From Planctomycetia bacterium (GTDB lineage Bacteria; Planctomycetota; Planctomycetia; Pirellulales; UBA1268), in NCBI GenBank assembly GCA_026401075.1, contig JAPLNQ010000265.1, forward strand, positions 1 to 46,918: a DNA stretch of 46,918 nucleotides. The letters are read 5' to 3'. The stretch's first letter is position 1. Every line of letters starts with the position of its first letter. Shown here in pieces: positions 1-11,640 of the stretch. The position numbers were made by a program, and so were the translations under genes. Under the pieces are notes generated by a model, which was given only the letters and a program-made list of their open reading frames with translations, had not been told where the DNA came from and made no database searches.

Positions 1-1
1 G

Positions 2-1834
2 GAGGCGCCCGCCGACGCATGGACCCGCGACAAGGACGGCAAAGTGTTGAACGGCAAGGCGCAATCCATGGACGGCACGCAGTGGAGCGAGGGCAAGGGC
101 GCGATCTGGAGCCCGGAAGCCCCCGATGCCGTCTGGCAGATGGCGGGCGAATACCGCGCCGCCCCGCTACGGGAGTTGCAGAAGCGCGGCGTGCCGATCT
201 CGATGGTGCTCAACGGCGGCGAATACGGCCTCGGCGTGCTCGGGTTTGCCAAGAAGGTGTGGTCTCAGGATCCGCGGGTCGCGGCGGCGGCGGAAAAAAA
301 TGGCGGCTGGCGGACCTACGCCTCGGCGCGAAAGGGGCATGCCGAACGGATCATCGCCGACGCGGTCCGCGCAGCGGTGCCCGACCGGAAGCTCTACATC
401 TATTACACCGCCGGCGGCCGCACCCTCCGCAACAAGGATTGGTCGATCGACGACTGGGGGGCGACGTGGGAGCACATGCGCGGCGTGAGCGACCTGCCGT
501 CGAGCGAGGTCTACTACCGCCATTTCAACGACGGCTTCACTGGCCGGCTCAACATGCTGACCGTGGCGCTTAACGCGGTCGCGGCGGAGATCGCCAGCGG
601 CGATCCGCTTTCCTACAACTGGATCGCCGGCGGCTGGGTTCGCGGCAACGAGGCGAAGAACGTCGCCGACATGAATCGCTGGATCGGCTTCCTCAAGTGC
701 TACTACACCGCCGGGATGCTCGGCGCGAATGTCGGCTACTACGAGTATCCCAAGGGCGGTTTCGGTGTGAAGTTCCCGCCAAACGAGCCGCCTGTCTGGC
801 TGCGGCAGATGGCGGCCTCTGCCCATGTGCACGCGATCTTCTCACAGGCCGAGGATCTGGTACGGAACGGCGACCTGCTCCCCGGGCCGATGAAGCACGC
901 GATTTCGACGGGTGACCCAGCCTACGAATTCCCGACCGGCGACGAGACGGCCCGCGTGCTCGTTCGCAAGCACCGCACCAAGCCGGCGTGGCTGGTCACG
1001 GCGTGGGCGGCCGATGGACCGGATCGCGATGTGACGGTGACCGTGCCGGAACTGGGTAGGCTCACGCTGCGGGCCCGCGTCTGCGGCAGCGTGTATGAGG
1101 CTACGCTCGCGGATGGCAAGGTCACGCTGACCCAACTCGACGAGGAGGGCAGCACCTTCACCCGCGTGGCGCCGGGCAAACCGGTCAGCCGGTCGGTCGA
1201 TCTGACGGTCGCTCCGCCGCCGGCCGCAGGGCGGCTCGTCTGGCTAGCCGCCGATGATGGCGTGGTGAAGGATGCGTCGGGCAGGGTGTCGGCGTGGAAG
1301 AGCCGGGGCGGCGACGCGGGCAATCTTCCGAAGACCCTGCAGAAGTTCTCAGTCGTGCAGACGGAAGCCGCGAAGCAGCCGCTCTGGGTGGCCGATGCGG
1401 TCAATGGCAAGGCCGGTTTGCAGTTTGAAAAGGGAAAAGTCCATCTCGCTGCCGATTTCGACGAGCAGACCGGAGGTGAGTTTGCCGGCCCGTTGACGGT
1501 CTGTGCCGTCTTCACCGGAGCCGTACCCAAGGGCGACAACCGGGTCGTCGCGGGCGTCGTCGCGGGGGGCAACGACTACATCGCAGGAAAGGGACTCAAA
1601 ATCCGCGACGGCGATCCGTCGGCGATCGAACTGGCGAAAGGGGTGTGGCTCGTCTGTTCGGGTGCGAAACTCGACGCCCCACTGCATCGGCTGGGGCTCG
1701 GGGTCATGAATGGCGGCTCAGGTGGCCCAGGCTTCACCGGCGGGCTGGCCGATGTGCTCATCTACAAGGACGGGGCGACGCCTGGCCGTCTGGCCCTGAT
1801 CGAGGAGTACCTGAAGGCCAAGTACGGCCCGTGA
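2..1834 (+). CDS. 5'-truncated hypothetical protein; N-terminal possible carbohydrate-active domain, C-terminal LamG/ConA-like domain
   Basis: Frame is open from base 2 (EAPADAWTRDKDGKVLNG...), so the true start lies upstream of the window. C-terminal 'LVWLAADDGVVKDASGRVSAWKSR...QPLWVADAVNGKAGLQF...FTGGLADVLIY...IEEYLKAKYG' is the typical LamG-like pattern. Confidence 0.65.
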   Translation, partial: EAPADAWTRDKDGKVLNGKAQSMDGTQWSEGKGAIWSPEAPDAVWQMAGEYRAAPLRELQKRGVPISMVLNGGEYGLGVLGFAKKVWSQDPRVAAAAEKNGGWRTYASARKGHAERIIADAVRAAVPDRKLYIYYTAGGRTLRNKDWSIDDWGATWEHMRGVSDLPSSEVYYRHFNDGFTGRLNMLTVALNAVAAEIASGDPLSYNWIAGGWVRGNEAKNVADMNRWIGFLKCYYTAGMLGANVGYYEYPKGGFGVKFPPNEPPVWLRQMAASAHVHAIFSQAEDLVRNGDLLPGPMKHAISTGDPAYEFPTGDETARVLVRKHRTKPAWLVTAWAADGPDRDVTVTVPELGRLTLRARVCGSVYEATLADGKVTLTQLDEEGSTFTRVAPGKPVSRSVDLTVAPPPAAGRLVWLAADDGVVKDASGRVSAWKSRGGDAGNLPKTLQKFSVVQTEAAKQPLWVADAVNGKAGLQFEKGKVHLAADFDEQTGGEFAGPLTVCAVFTGAVPKGDNRVVAGVVAGGNDYIAGKGLKIRDGDPSAIELAKGVWLVCSGAKLDAPLHRLGLGVMNGGSGGPGFTGGLADVLIYKDGATPGRLALIEEYLKAKYGP

Positions 1835-1851
1835 CTCTGGCTACGGAGCGG

Positions 1852-1942
1852 GAAAAGAGCTGCGTCCCCTTTTTGTCACCGACCTCATCCAGTGATGATC
1901 GCGATGCCTTATGATTTGGAAATGAGCTGCGTCCCCTTTTTG
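1852..1942 (+). repeat. REP-like family A, direct doublet of GAGCTGCGTCCCCTTTTTG (copies at 1852-1875 and 1924-1942, period 67 bp)
   Basis: Read directly; the same motif occurs three more times at 39528-39658. Confidence 0.85.
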
Positions 1943-2845
1943 CTTCGGCTGGCCGTGGTGGCCTTCTTTGCCTTCGCGGCGACTGGTCTCGCAGGAGCAG
2001 ACGACACCGCCCCGGTGTTCATGGCGGACCGCGGCACCTGGCAACACCGCATCGAAAGCCCTTACCTTTCGGGAACGAACCTCGTCGAGGTGCTCCTGCC
2101 GGATACCTATGCCAACGATGACACGACGAGGTTTCGCGTGCTCTACGTGCTGCCGGTCGAGCCGGGCGAGCAGAGGCGGTGGGGCGACGGGCTCAAGGTG
2201 ATCCGCGAACTCGGCCTGCACAACCGCCACCAGCTGATCTGCGTCGCGCCCACGTTCGACACGACCCCCTGGTATGGCAACCACGCCACCGACCTGAAAA
2301 CACGGCACGAAGACCACCTGATGAAGGTCGTGCTGCCGCTCGTCGAGTCGCATTACCGCACGGTAGCAGGGCCGGACGGCCGGCTGCTGCTCGGATTCAG
2401 CAAGTCGGGCTGGGGGGTGGTCTCCATCATGCTCAGACATGGCGACGTGTTCGGCGCCGCGGCAAGCTGGGACGCTCCGCTCATGTTCACGGAGAAGCAG
2501 TTTGGCATCTGGGAGACTGGCAGGAACTTCGGCACCCCGGAGACGATGGCCACGCACCTGCCCACGGCTCTGCTACGGCAGCATGCAGGGGAGTTTCAAG
2601 ACAAACCGCGGCTCGTGATCACGGGGAAGGCGTCCTTCGGCACCAATGGCGATCCGCGGTTTCCCTACGACGGACCGTCCCACACCGAGGCCTTTCACGA
2701 ACTGGCTGACTCGCTCGGCGTGAAACACGCCTTCCGCGCCGACATCAAGGCCACACACTCGTGGAACAAGGACTGGGTCGAGCCGGTCGTGGGTATACTC
2801 GTCGTCCTTGGAGCGGATGACGCTCCACCACCGGGCGGCTCGTGA
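1922..2845 (+). CDS. secreted alpha/beta-hydrolase (putative esterase family)
   Basis: GFSKSG nucleophile elbow, 'RVLYVLPVE' strand, C-terminal HSW, signal-peptide-like N-terminus. Start is 1922 (ATG) or 1892/1895. Confidence 0.75.
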   Translation: MSCVPFLLRLAVVAFFAFAATGLAGADDTAPVFMADRGTWQHRIESPYLSGTNLVEVLLPDTYANDDTTRFRVLYVLPVEPGEQRRWGDGLKVIRELGLHNRHQLICVAPTFDTTPWYGNHATDLKTRHEDHLMKVVLPLVESHYRTVAGPDGRLLLGFSKSGWGVVSIMLRHGDVFGAAASWDAPLMFTEKQFGIWETGRNFGTPETMATHLPTALLRQHAGEFQDKPRLVITGKASFGTNGDPRFPYDGPSHTEAFHELADSLGVKHAFRADIKATHSWNKDWVEPVVGILVVLGADDAPPPGGS

Positions 2846-2925
2846 CGTTGCAGTCGCATCACGCTGCCCACGACATTCCAGCAGCAATCTGCGTCAATGC
2901 GGCACTGCTCGTAAAAAGTGAACTC

Positions 2926-4553
<1,628 letters not shown>

Positions 4554-4558
<5 letters not shown>

Positions 4559-4594
4559 CTTTCACGCAGTGACTTTCACGCAGTGACTTTCACC
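4554..4594. repeat. 14-bp tandem repeat x3 (AGTGACTTTCACGC)
   Basis: Read directly; the first unit contains the TGA stop of the oxidoreductase; lies between convergent genes. Confidence 0.9.
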
Positions 4595-4601
4595 TGCCGC
4601 G

Positions 4602-5597
4602 CTACCGGGGCTTCAAGTTGCGGTCGAAGAACTCGATCACCGCCGGCCGGAGATCGCGCTGCTCCGGCTGCAGGTGGAATGCGTGCGCAGCCCCTTCGAT
4701 GACGATCAGTTCGCAAGGCACGCCCGCAGCCCGTGCCGCCTCGAGCAGGCTGGTGGACTGAGCCAGCGGCGTGGTCTTGTCGGCCGTGCCATGCAGCAGG
4801 AGCATGGGCGGGTCGTCACGGGAGATGTTCTTGATGGGCGAGGCCGAGTCCCAGAGTTCGGGAGCCTCGGCGTGGGGCTTCACGAACATCGGCAGGCTGT
4901 CGTATGTCTGCAACGGCGTGCCCCCCTGCCAGGTCGATGCACAGTGCGGATAGAGCGGCACCGCCGCCTGAATGCGGCAGGAGAATTCCGCATCTTCCAC
5001 CGGGTCGAGTCCGCATTCCGGACCGCTGACAGCCAGCAACGCCGTCAGGTGGCCGCCGGCGGAGCCGCCGATCGCACCGATGTGCGCGGCGTCCAACTGA
5101 AACCTGTCGGCATGCTTCCGCAGCCAGCGGACGGCGCGTTTGGCTTCCTGGATGTTGGCTGGAAACGTGGGCATGCCGGGCTTCGCCAGTTGGTAGTTGA
5201 TCGACATGCAGACATACCCGTGCTCCACCAGCGTCGTCGCGATGTTGAGCTCACGGGCGGCCGCCTTGTCGCCGCCCGTCCATCCGCCACCGTGAATGAT
5301 GACGACACCGGGAACCTTTTTCCCCGGCTCCATGACATCCGGCAGGTAGAGATCCGCCTTTTCAGCCCGATCGGCCCCCAGATAGGCGACATCCTTCTCG
5401 ACCCGCACCTCCCCTGCCACGCCGGCCTCGGCGATCATCGCTGCCAGCAGTGACACGAATGCGGCCACGACCATCGGCAGCCAAGAACCACGACGCCAGG
5501 AAGCACGACGCCAGGAAGCACGACGCCAGGAACCACGACGCCAGGAATCATGCGTCCTGGAATCACGGTGAACGATCGAAATGTTTTTCTTGCACAT
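4602..5597 (-). CDS. alpha/beta hydrolase (BD-FAE/carboxylesterase-like), probably exported
   Basis: IHGGGW oxyanion motif, GGSAGGHL nucleophile, HGTAD acid, GAAHAF His. Start uncertain (5597 or 5474). Confidence 0.88.
   Translation of the reverse strand: MCKKNISIVHRDSRTHDSWRRGSWRRASWRRASWRRGSWLPMVVAAFVSLLAAMIAEAGVAGEVRVEKDVAYLGADRAEKADLYLPDVMEPGKKVPGVVIIHGGGWTGGDKAAARELNIATTLVEHGYVCMSINYQLAKPGMPTFPANIQEAKRAVRWLRKHADRFQLDAAHIGAIGGSAGGHLTALLAVSGPECGLDPVEDAEFSCRIQAAVPLYPHCASTWQGGTPLQTYDSLPMFVKPHAEAPELWDSASPIKNISRDDPPMLLLHGTADKTTPLAQSTSLLEAARAAGVPCELIVIEGAAHAFHLQPEQRDLRPAVIEFFDRNLKPR
5481..5570. repeat. 15-bp tandem repeat (CCAGGAA[G/C]CACGACG), 4 near-perfect plus 2 degenerate units; encodes SWRR[G/A] if translated
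   Basis: Read directly. Confidence 0.85.
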
Positions 5598-5776
5598 GAT
5601 GCCCTCCCCCCGGAAAAACGATGGTGACCGTCAGTATCCGGTTTTGTGCACGCTGGAGAAAGGGTGGCCTTGAACTGGGCCTTTTTCCGCTCACCCCCGC
5701 CGCACTGCCGGTGAACTATCATAGGAGGCGATGGCGACAGTCTCTGCAGCAGTCTCCCCGGGGCTCGGTCGACACG

Positions 5777-8700
5777 ATGGGCGGAACACCAATACACGCA
5801 AGGGCACGGCATCCTGCGCTCGCATGGGGAGCGGGCCTGTTGCTCGTCTCCACGGCTCTCGGCGCGGACCCCGTAATCACAGCCGTTCGGCCGCTGACGC
5901 TCTCCTCGGGACCGTCAACCTCTCTGGTGATCCAGGGCAAGAACCTGACAGCGCCCCTGCGGCTCAAGACCAGCCGCGCGACCGTGTCGATCCCAGTCGA
6001 AAAGGTCGAGCCTGAAACGGCCCTCGCGACGGCGACGCTGCCGGCCAACGCCTCCCTGGGGCCGCTCACAGCATGGCCGTCGACAGAGGCTGGGCCGCTG
6101 CCACCGATCGTCATGCTGGTCGATGATCTGCCGGTCCATGCCGACAACGGCACCAACCACACCCGCGACACGGCGCAGTCCCTCGCCTCCTTGGCATGCG
6201 TCGACGGCACGAGCGACGGCGGGAAGAGCGACAGGTATCGATTTCAGGTGCAGGCCGGCCAACGCGTCGCCGTCGAGGTGCTCACGCTGCCGATCCGGTC
6301 CACGATGGATCCGGTGGTGAGGCTTGTCGATGCCGACGGCACCGTGCTGGCCATGGCCGACGACGGGGCCGCAGGACCGGAATGCCGGCTGAGCCACACC
6401 TTCGCCAAGGCCGGCGACTGCTGGCTCGAGGTTCGCGACAATGCCTATAAGACAGGGGCGGGCTACCACCTGCGGCTCGGCGATTTCCCGATCATCAGCC
6501 ATGCGTTTCCACTCGCCGTGCAACGAGGCACCACCACCCGGATCGGCTTCGCCGGCGCCGATGGTGCCGCGGCGGTCGCGAGCGAGGTCGCCGTTGCCAA
6601 CGATTGTGAGGATTCCTCGCTCACCGTCGCCGCACGGCTGCCCGGCGGACGATCGTCGGCGTGGGCACGAGTGCTCGTGCACGACGCGCCGCAGGTCGTC
6701 GAACCTGCAGGCAGCCAAGGGATGACGGCGGCCCTCACGATCCCGGTGGGCATCAGCGGTCGCCTGGACAATGCCGGCGAGCGCGACGGCTATCGCCTGA
6801 TGGGCACGAAGGGACACGCTGTGCGGATTGCAGCCCGCACCCGCAGCCTCGGCTGCGCGACCGTGCCTCGGATGCGGCTGCACAGCGTGGGCCCGAATGC
6901 GGCCGACGCCGCCTCCAACAACTTGATCGCAGAAACCGACTCCAGGAATTCCGCCGAGGCAGTAGTCGACTTCACGTTTCCGGAGGACGGCGAATACCGC
7001 CTCGAGGTGACCGATCTCGCGGGCCGCGGGGGACTCGACTTCGGTTATTTTCTCGCCGTGGAACGGGTGCCGCCCGTGGTGGTCGAACTCAAGCCGGTCG
7101 TGGCGACCAGGGAAAGCTTTGCAATCGAAGCCGGCCGGGGATGCGCGGCCGTTGACGTGAAGGTCACGCGGACCGGCTACGACGGAGAGGTCGTGATCTC
7201 ACTCAACGGAGAGGCGTCGGGCCTGCGGGTCGTGAATCCCGTGATCCCGGCCAAGGTGACAGAGACGCGGCTGTATCTGGCAGCCGATGGAGGCTGGACC
7301 GAAGAGTCCTCGGCTCTCGTACGGCTGCGGGCCGAGTGTCCGGGACAGCCGTCGAGTTCGACCTCCGTCGTCAGCACGGCCGTGCGGCGTCTCAAGGAGC
7401 CGCATGTTCCTTTTCCGCCGGAGTGGGCCGACGGCGTGCTCAGCATCGCCGGGGTGAAGGCCGGCGAGACGTTGTTCGCCATCGAGCCACCCGCCCCGGT
7501 GATTCTCACCCGCGGAGCGGCCAAGCAGGAGATCAAGCTCTTGCTCAAACGTCTCGATCCGGCATTCACGGGTGCCGTCACGATCCTCGGCAGCCGCCTG
7601 CCCAAGGGCTTCTCACTGACGAGCACCTCCGACAAGGAATCGTGCCAGATCACGTTTACGGGCACCGCGGCGAACGGCAGCGAACCCACGTCGCTGCGGC
7701 TCCTCGCGGTGGCAGAACAGAAAAACCGCGGGCGGATCGAGCAGGTCGACCTGCCTGTCACGTGGAGCGATCCGGCGCCGTCACCTGCCACCGACGCACA
7801 AAAGACAAACCAGCCCAGTGAAGCCAACCAACCCAGCCAAACCAACCAAGAGGCCACTCCACCGACGCGGACCGCCGCGGCAGCCGTCGCTGGCACGCCA
7901 CCCTTCGACGTGTTTCCACACAAGATCGTCCTCGATGGGGCCAAGGACCGGCAGCAGGTCGCCGTGACGAGCGTCGATGCAGCAGGATTGTCACGGGATC
8001 TCACGCGGCAGGTGAGCATCGTCGTGGCGAACGAGTCCGTCGCCACGGTTCGCGGCACCGTGATCATCCCGTCGGGGGACGGCACGACCGAAGCGGTCGT
8101 CGCACTCAACGGAAATCGGACGACTGTCCCGATCACGGTCACGCACCATGCGGTGCCGCGGCCCAGGCAATTCGAGAACGAGGTGCTCGTGGCGCTGTCA
8201 AAGCAAACGTGCAGTTCCGGCGCCTGCCACGGCTCCCCCAGCGGCAAGGGTGGCTTCCGGCTCTCGCTCCGAGGCTTCGATGAGCCGTTCGATGAGACGA
8301 CGCTCATCCGCGAGGATTTCGGCCGTCGCGTGAATCCCCTGGAGCCTGAGGCGAGCCTCCTTCTGCGGAAGCCGCTCATGAAGGTGCCGCACGGCGGTGG
8401 CAGGCAACTCCTGCCGAGCGACGAGGCGTATGCGATCCTCCGCGACTGGATCGCGGAGGGCGCCAAGGCCGACCCGCCCGACACCCCGCGGTGCGTGCGG
8501 CTCGCGGTCACTCCGGAAACCAGGCAGGTGCAGCAGCTAGAGGCCGGCGGTCGGCAGCTCGTCACCATCGCGCACTTCTCCGACGGGTCGAGCCGCGATG
8601 TCACCCATCTCACCGCGTATGAGAGTTCCCGCGCAGGCGTCGCCACGGTCGATGCCCATGGGTGGACGACGCCGCACCGGCGGGGCGAGGCCGTGATCCT

Positions 8701-10252
8701 CGTCCGCTATCTCGAGCACATCACGCCGGTGCCCCTCATGTTCATCGAGGATGTGCCCGGGTTCGCCTGGAAGGCGCCGCCGGAGGTCAACGTCATCGAC
8801 AGGCTCGTCAACGAGAAATTGCGGGAGCTTCGCTACCTCCCCGCCGAGACATGCACCGACGCGGAGTTTCTGCGTCGCGCCTCGCTCGACATCACCGGCG
8901 CCCTGCCGCAGGTGCGGGAGACCGAGGCATTCCTCGCCGACACGTCCGCCGACAAGCGGGCTACGCTCGTCGATCAGCTGCTCGCGCGAGACGAATACGT
9001 ACGATTCTGGGCGCTCAAATGGGGAGACCTACTCCGCGTGACGAAAAAGCACGCCGGCGAGGAGGGCGTTCACAAGTATCACCGCTGGATTGAGAATTCC
9101 TTCCGCCGCAACGAGCCGCATGACACGTTTGCCAGACAGTTGCTGCTGGGATCGGGCAGCACGCTTGCCAATCCGCCGGCGAATTTCTATCGCACCGTCA
9201 CCACGACGGAGGAGACCGTCGAGACGGTGTCGCAGGTCTTTCTCGGCGTGCGGCTGCAGTGTGCGAAGTGCCACAACCATCCCTTCGACCATTGGACGCA
9301 GGACAACTACTACGGCATGGCCGCGTTCTTCGACCGCGTGAAGACAAGAAAGACCGAGCAGCCCGGCGAGACGATCGTCTACGCCACCGACAGCGGTGAG
9401 ACGAAGCAACCCCGCACCGGCAAGACGATGAAACCCTGGCTCCCGACGGGCGCGGTCGACGCGGATCACCCGGGCGACCGGCGAGCCACGTTCACCGAAT
9501 GGCTCGTGTCGCCCGGCAATCCCTCTTTCGCGAGGGTGGAGGCGAACCGAATCTGGAGCCAGTTCTTCGCCCGCGGCATCGTCGATCCCGTCGACGAGTT
9601 CCGCGACTCAAACCCGCCATGCAACGCGGCACTGCTCGATGCGCTCGCGAGGGAGTTCGGCGACGGTGGGTTCGATCGGAAACGCCTCATTCGGATGATC
9701 TGCACCAGCCATACCTACCAGGCGAGCTGTCGCACGAGCCCGATGAACAGGGACGACACGCTCTATTTCTCACACCAGCAGCCGAGGCTTCTCGGGGCCG
9801 AGCAGCTGCTCGACGCGATCGACCAGGTGACGGGGGTCGAGCAGCCCTACGGCACGCTGCCGGCAGGGACCCGCGCCGTGGAACTGCCCGGCCCCGACCT
9901 CGTGAAGGTGGACTTCCTCAAGACGTTTGGAAAGCCGCAGCGTGGCACGGTGTGCGCCTGCGAACGAGCCGATGATTCGAGCCTTGGCATGGCGATTGAG
10001 CTGATCAACGGGCGGCTGATGAACGAGAAGATGGCGAGCCCGACGAACCGCATCCGGCCTGCCGTCGCCGCCGGCCGGCCGGTCGAAGCGATCGTTCGTG
10101 AACTCTATCTCGCCGCGCTGTGCCGGGTTCCCACGGAGGAGGAACTGCAGGCCGCCGTGGCCCGGTGCCAGAATGCCAAGGACCCGGTCAGTGGTCTGGA
10201 AGACGTCTGCTGGGCACTGCTCAACACCGATGAGTTTGTGTTCCAGCACTAG
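5777..10252 (+). CDS. fusion of PPC (pre-peptidase C-terminal) domains, Ig-like domains and DUF1549/DUF1553
   Basis: Two PPC-like segments (DRYRFQVQAGQRVAVEV..DPVVRLVDADG; GRLDNAGERDGYRL), CSSGACHGSPSGKGGFRLSL, DUF1549 (DAEFLRRASLDITG, FLGVRLQCAKCHNHPF) and DUF1553 (FARVEANRIW, CACER, WALLNTDEFVFQH). ORF track start is 5621; ATG 5777 precedes a signal-like stretch. Confidence 0.88.
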   Translation: MGGTPIHARARHPALAWGAGLLLVSTALGADPVITAVRPLTLSSGPSTSLVIQGKNLTAPLRLKTSRATVSIPVEKVEPETALATATLPANASLGPLTAWPSTEAGPLPPIVMLVDDLPVHADNGTNHTRDTAQSLASLACVDGTSDGGKSDRYRFQVQAGQRVAVEVLTLPIRSTMDPVVRLVDADGTVLAMADDGAAGPECRLSHTFAKAGDCWLEVRDNAYKTGAGYHLRLGDFPIISHAFPLAVQRGTTTRIGFAGADGAAAVASEVAVANDCEDSSLTVAARLPGGRSSAWARVLVHDAPQVVEPAGSQGMTAALTIPVGISGRLDNAGERDGYRLMGTKGHAVRIAARTRSLGCATVPRMRLHSVGPNAADAASNNLIAETDSRNSAEAVVDFTFPEDGEYRLEVTDLAGRGGLDFGYFLAVERVPPVVVELKPVVATRESFAIEAGRGCAAVDVKVTRTGYDGEVVISLNGEASGLRVVNPVIPAKVTETRLYLAADGGWTEESSALVRLRAECPGQPSSSTSVVSTAVRRLKEPHVPFPPEWADGVLSIAGVKAGETLFAIEPPAPVILTRGAAKQEIKLLLKRLDPAFTGAVTILGSRLPKGFSLTSTSDKESCQITFTGTAANGSEPTSLRLLAVAEQKNRGRIEQVDLPVTWSDPAPSPATDAQKTNQPSEANQPSQTNQEATPPTRTAAAAVAGTPPFDVFPHKIVLDGAKDRQQVAVTSVDAAGLSRDLTRQVSIVVANESVATVRGTVIIPSGDGTTEAVVALNGNRTTVPITVTHHAVPRPRQFENEVLVALSKQTCSSGACHGSPSGKGGFRLSLRGFDEPFDETTLIREDFGRRVNPLEPEASLLLRKPLMKVPHGGGRQLLPSDEAYAILRDWIAEGAKADPPDTPRCVRLAVTPETRQVQQLEAGGRQLVTIAHFSDGSSRDVTHLTAYESSRAGVATVDAHGWTTPHRRGEAVILVRYLEHITPVPLMFIEDVPGFAWKAPPEVNVIDRLVNEKLRELRYLPAETCTDAEFLRRASLDITGALPQVRETEAFLADTSADKRATLVDQLLARDEYVRFWALKWGDLLRVTKKHAGEEGVHKYHRWIENSFRRNEPHDTFARQLLLGSGSTLANPPANFYRTVTTTEETVETVSQVFLGVRLQCAKCHNHPFDHWTQDNYYGMAAFFDRVKTRKTEQPGETIVYATDSGETKQPRTGKTMKPWLPTGAVDADHPGDRRATFTEWLVSPGNPSFARVEANRIWSQFFARGIVDPVDEFRDSNPPCNAALLDALAREFGDGGFDRKRLIRMICTSHTYQASCRTSPMNRDDTLYFSHQQPRLLGAEQLLDAIDQVTGVEQPYGTLPAGTRAVELPGPDLVKVDFLKTFGKPQRGTVCACERADDSSLGMAIELINGRLMNEKMASPTNRIRPAVAAGRPVEAIVRELYLAALCRVPTEEELQAAVARCQNAKDPVSGLEDVCWALLNTDEFVFQH

Positions 10253-10275
10253 CACTGGCCTGGTCAGGAGTCACC

Positions 10276-11619
10276 ATGAAAACGGTCGGCAGTTCTACTC
10301 GCAGCTGCATGCTGGCCCTGCTCGGCTGGGGGGCGATGCATGCGCTGACGTGTGCCGCTGAGCCGATCAGCTTCAAGAGCGACGTCGCGTCCATTCTCGT
10401 GGACAACTGCATCGCCTGCCATGGACCAAAGAAGGCCGAGGGTGGGTACCGACTCGATACGTTCGAACAGCTGCGACGACCGGGTGACTCGGGCGTGGAG
10501 CCGATCATTGCTGGGGCGGCGCCCGGCGGTGAGATCCTGCGGCGGCTCGCCACGAGCGATCCCGACGAGCGGATGCCCCCGGACTCGAATCCGCTGCCAG
10601 TCGCTGCGATCGAGACGATCCGCGACTGGGTCGCCTCGGGCGGGGCGTTCGACGGAGGCAAGCCGTCCGAGTCGCTGGCGATGGTCATGCCGCCGCGCAC
10701 GCATGCGGCGGCGCCCAAGTCCTATTCCCATGCCATCCCCGTCGCCGCACTCGCCTTCACGCCCGATGGCCGACAGTTGGTGGTAGGCGGCTATCACGAG
10801 CTGCTCGTCTTCGATGCCGGCGAAGGAACGCTCCTGAAGCGGATCGGCAACCTTGGCCAGCGGATTTTCGCGATCACCTTCCTGGCAGACGGTAGGACGA
10901 TTGCCGTGGCCAGCGGGGAACCGGGCCGCGATGGCGACGTGCGGCTGGTCGACTTCGAGCAAGGGCTCGTGACCAACGTTTTCGCCCGCGCCGTCGATGT
11001 CGTGCTCGATCTCGCACCTCGTCCCCAGAGCGACCAGGTGGCAGTGGCGTCGGCCGACGGAATCGTCCGCATCATCGACGCTGCGAGCGGTGCGGAGGTG
11101 CGGGCGATCGCCAGTCATGCCGACTGGGTGAACGCCGTGGTCTGGAGCGACGACGGCAAAAAGCTGGCGTCCGCAAGCCGCGACAGGTCGGTCAAGGTCT
11201 ACGATGCCGACTCCGGAGACCTGCTCGCCAACTATCAGGATCACGGCGAGCCCGTAAGGGGCGTCGCCTTCACGGCCGATGGCAAGCAGGTGCTGTCCAT
11301 CGGAGCCGACAAGAAACTCCACCGCTGGGACATCGAGACCGTGAAAAAAGTTGCTGGAGTCGATCTGCAGGGGGAGGGATGCAAGCTCGTCCGCACCGCC
11401 GACACCGTCTCCGTGGCCAGTACCGACCGGCTGCTACGGTCAATCGACCTCGCGAAGAACGTGGTCACGCTGACCTTCAAGGGACACACGGACTGGCCCG
11501 TCGCCATCGCGGCGCACCCGGCCAGCGGCAGGATCGCCAGCGGCGCGCTCGACGGCGAGGTGCGGGTGTGGAACAGCGGCGACGGCAGCCTCGTGAAGTC
11601 GTGGATCGCCAGACCCTGA
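10276..11619 (+). CDS. planctomycete cytochrome c domain + WD40 repeat protein
   Basis: Signal peptide, 'ISFKSDVASILVDNCIACHG...RMPP...IRDWVASG' (CxxCH), then WD40 repeats (HADWVNAVVWSDDGKKLASASRDRSVKVYD). Confidence 0.9.
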   Translation: MKTVGSSTRSCMLALLGWGAMHALTCAAEPISFKSDVASILVDNCIACHGPKKAEGGYRLDTFEQLRRPGDSGVEPIIAGAAPGGEILRRLATSDPDERMPPDSNPLPVAAIETIRDWVASGGAFDGGKPSESLAMVMPPRTHAAAPKSYSHAIPVAALAFTPDGRQLVVGGYHELLVFDAGEGTLLKRIGNLGQRIFAITFLADGRTIAVASGEPGRDGDVRLVDFEQGLVTNVFARAVDVVLDLAPRPQSDQVAVASADGIVRIIDAASGAEVRAIASHADWVNAVVWSDDGKKLASASRDRSVKVYDADSGDLLANYQDHGEPVRGVAFTADGKQVLSIGADKKLHRWDIETVKKVAGVDLQGEGCKLVRTADTVSVASTDRLLRSIDLAKNVVTLTFKGHTDWPVAIAAHPASGRIASGALDGEVRVWNSGDGSLVKSWIARP

Positions 11620-11640
11620 GAATCCCGCGAGGGGGTCGCG

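Noticed and set aside
1852-1942. CRISPR mini-array (67-68-bp periodic direct repeats here and at 39528-39624)
   Set aside because: Only two units per locus, copies also occur inverted, the shared core is short, and no cas genes or leader are visible; a REP-like element fits better.
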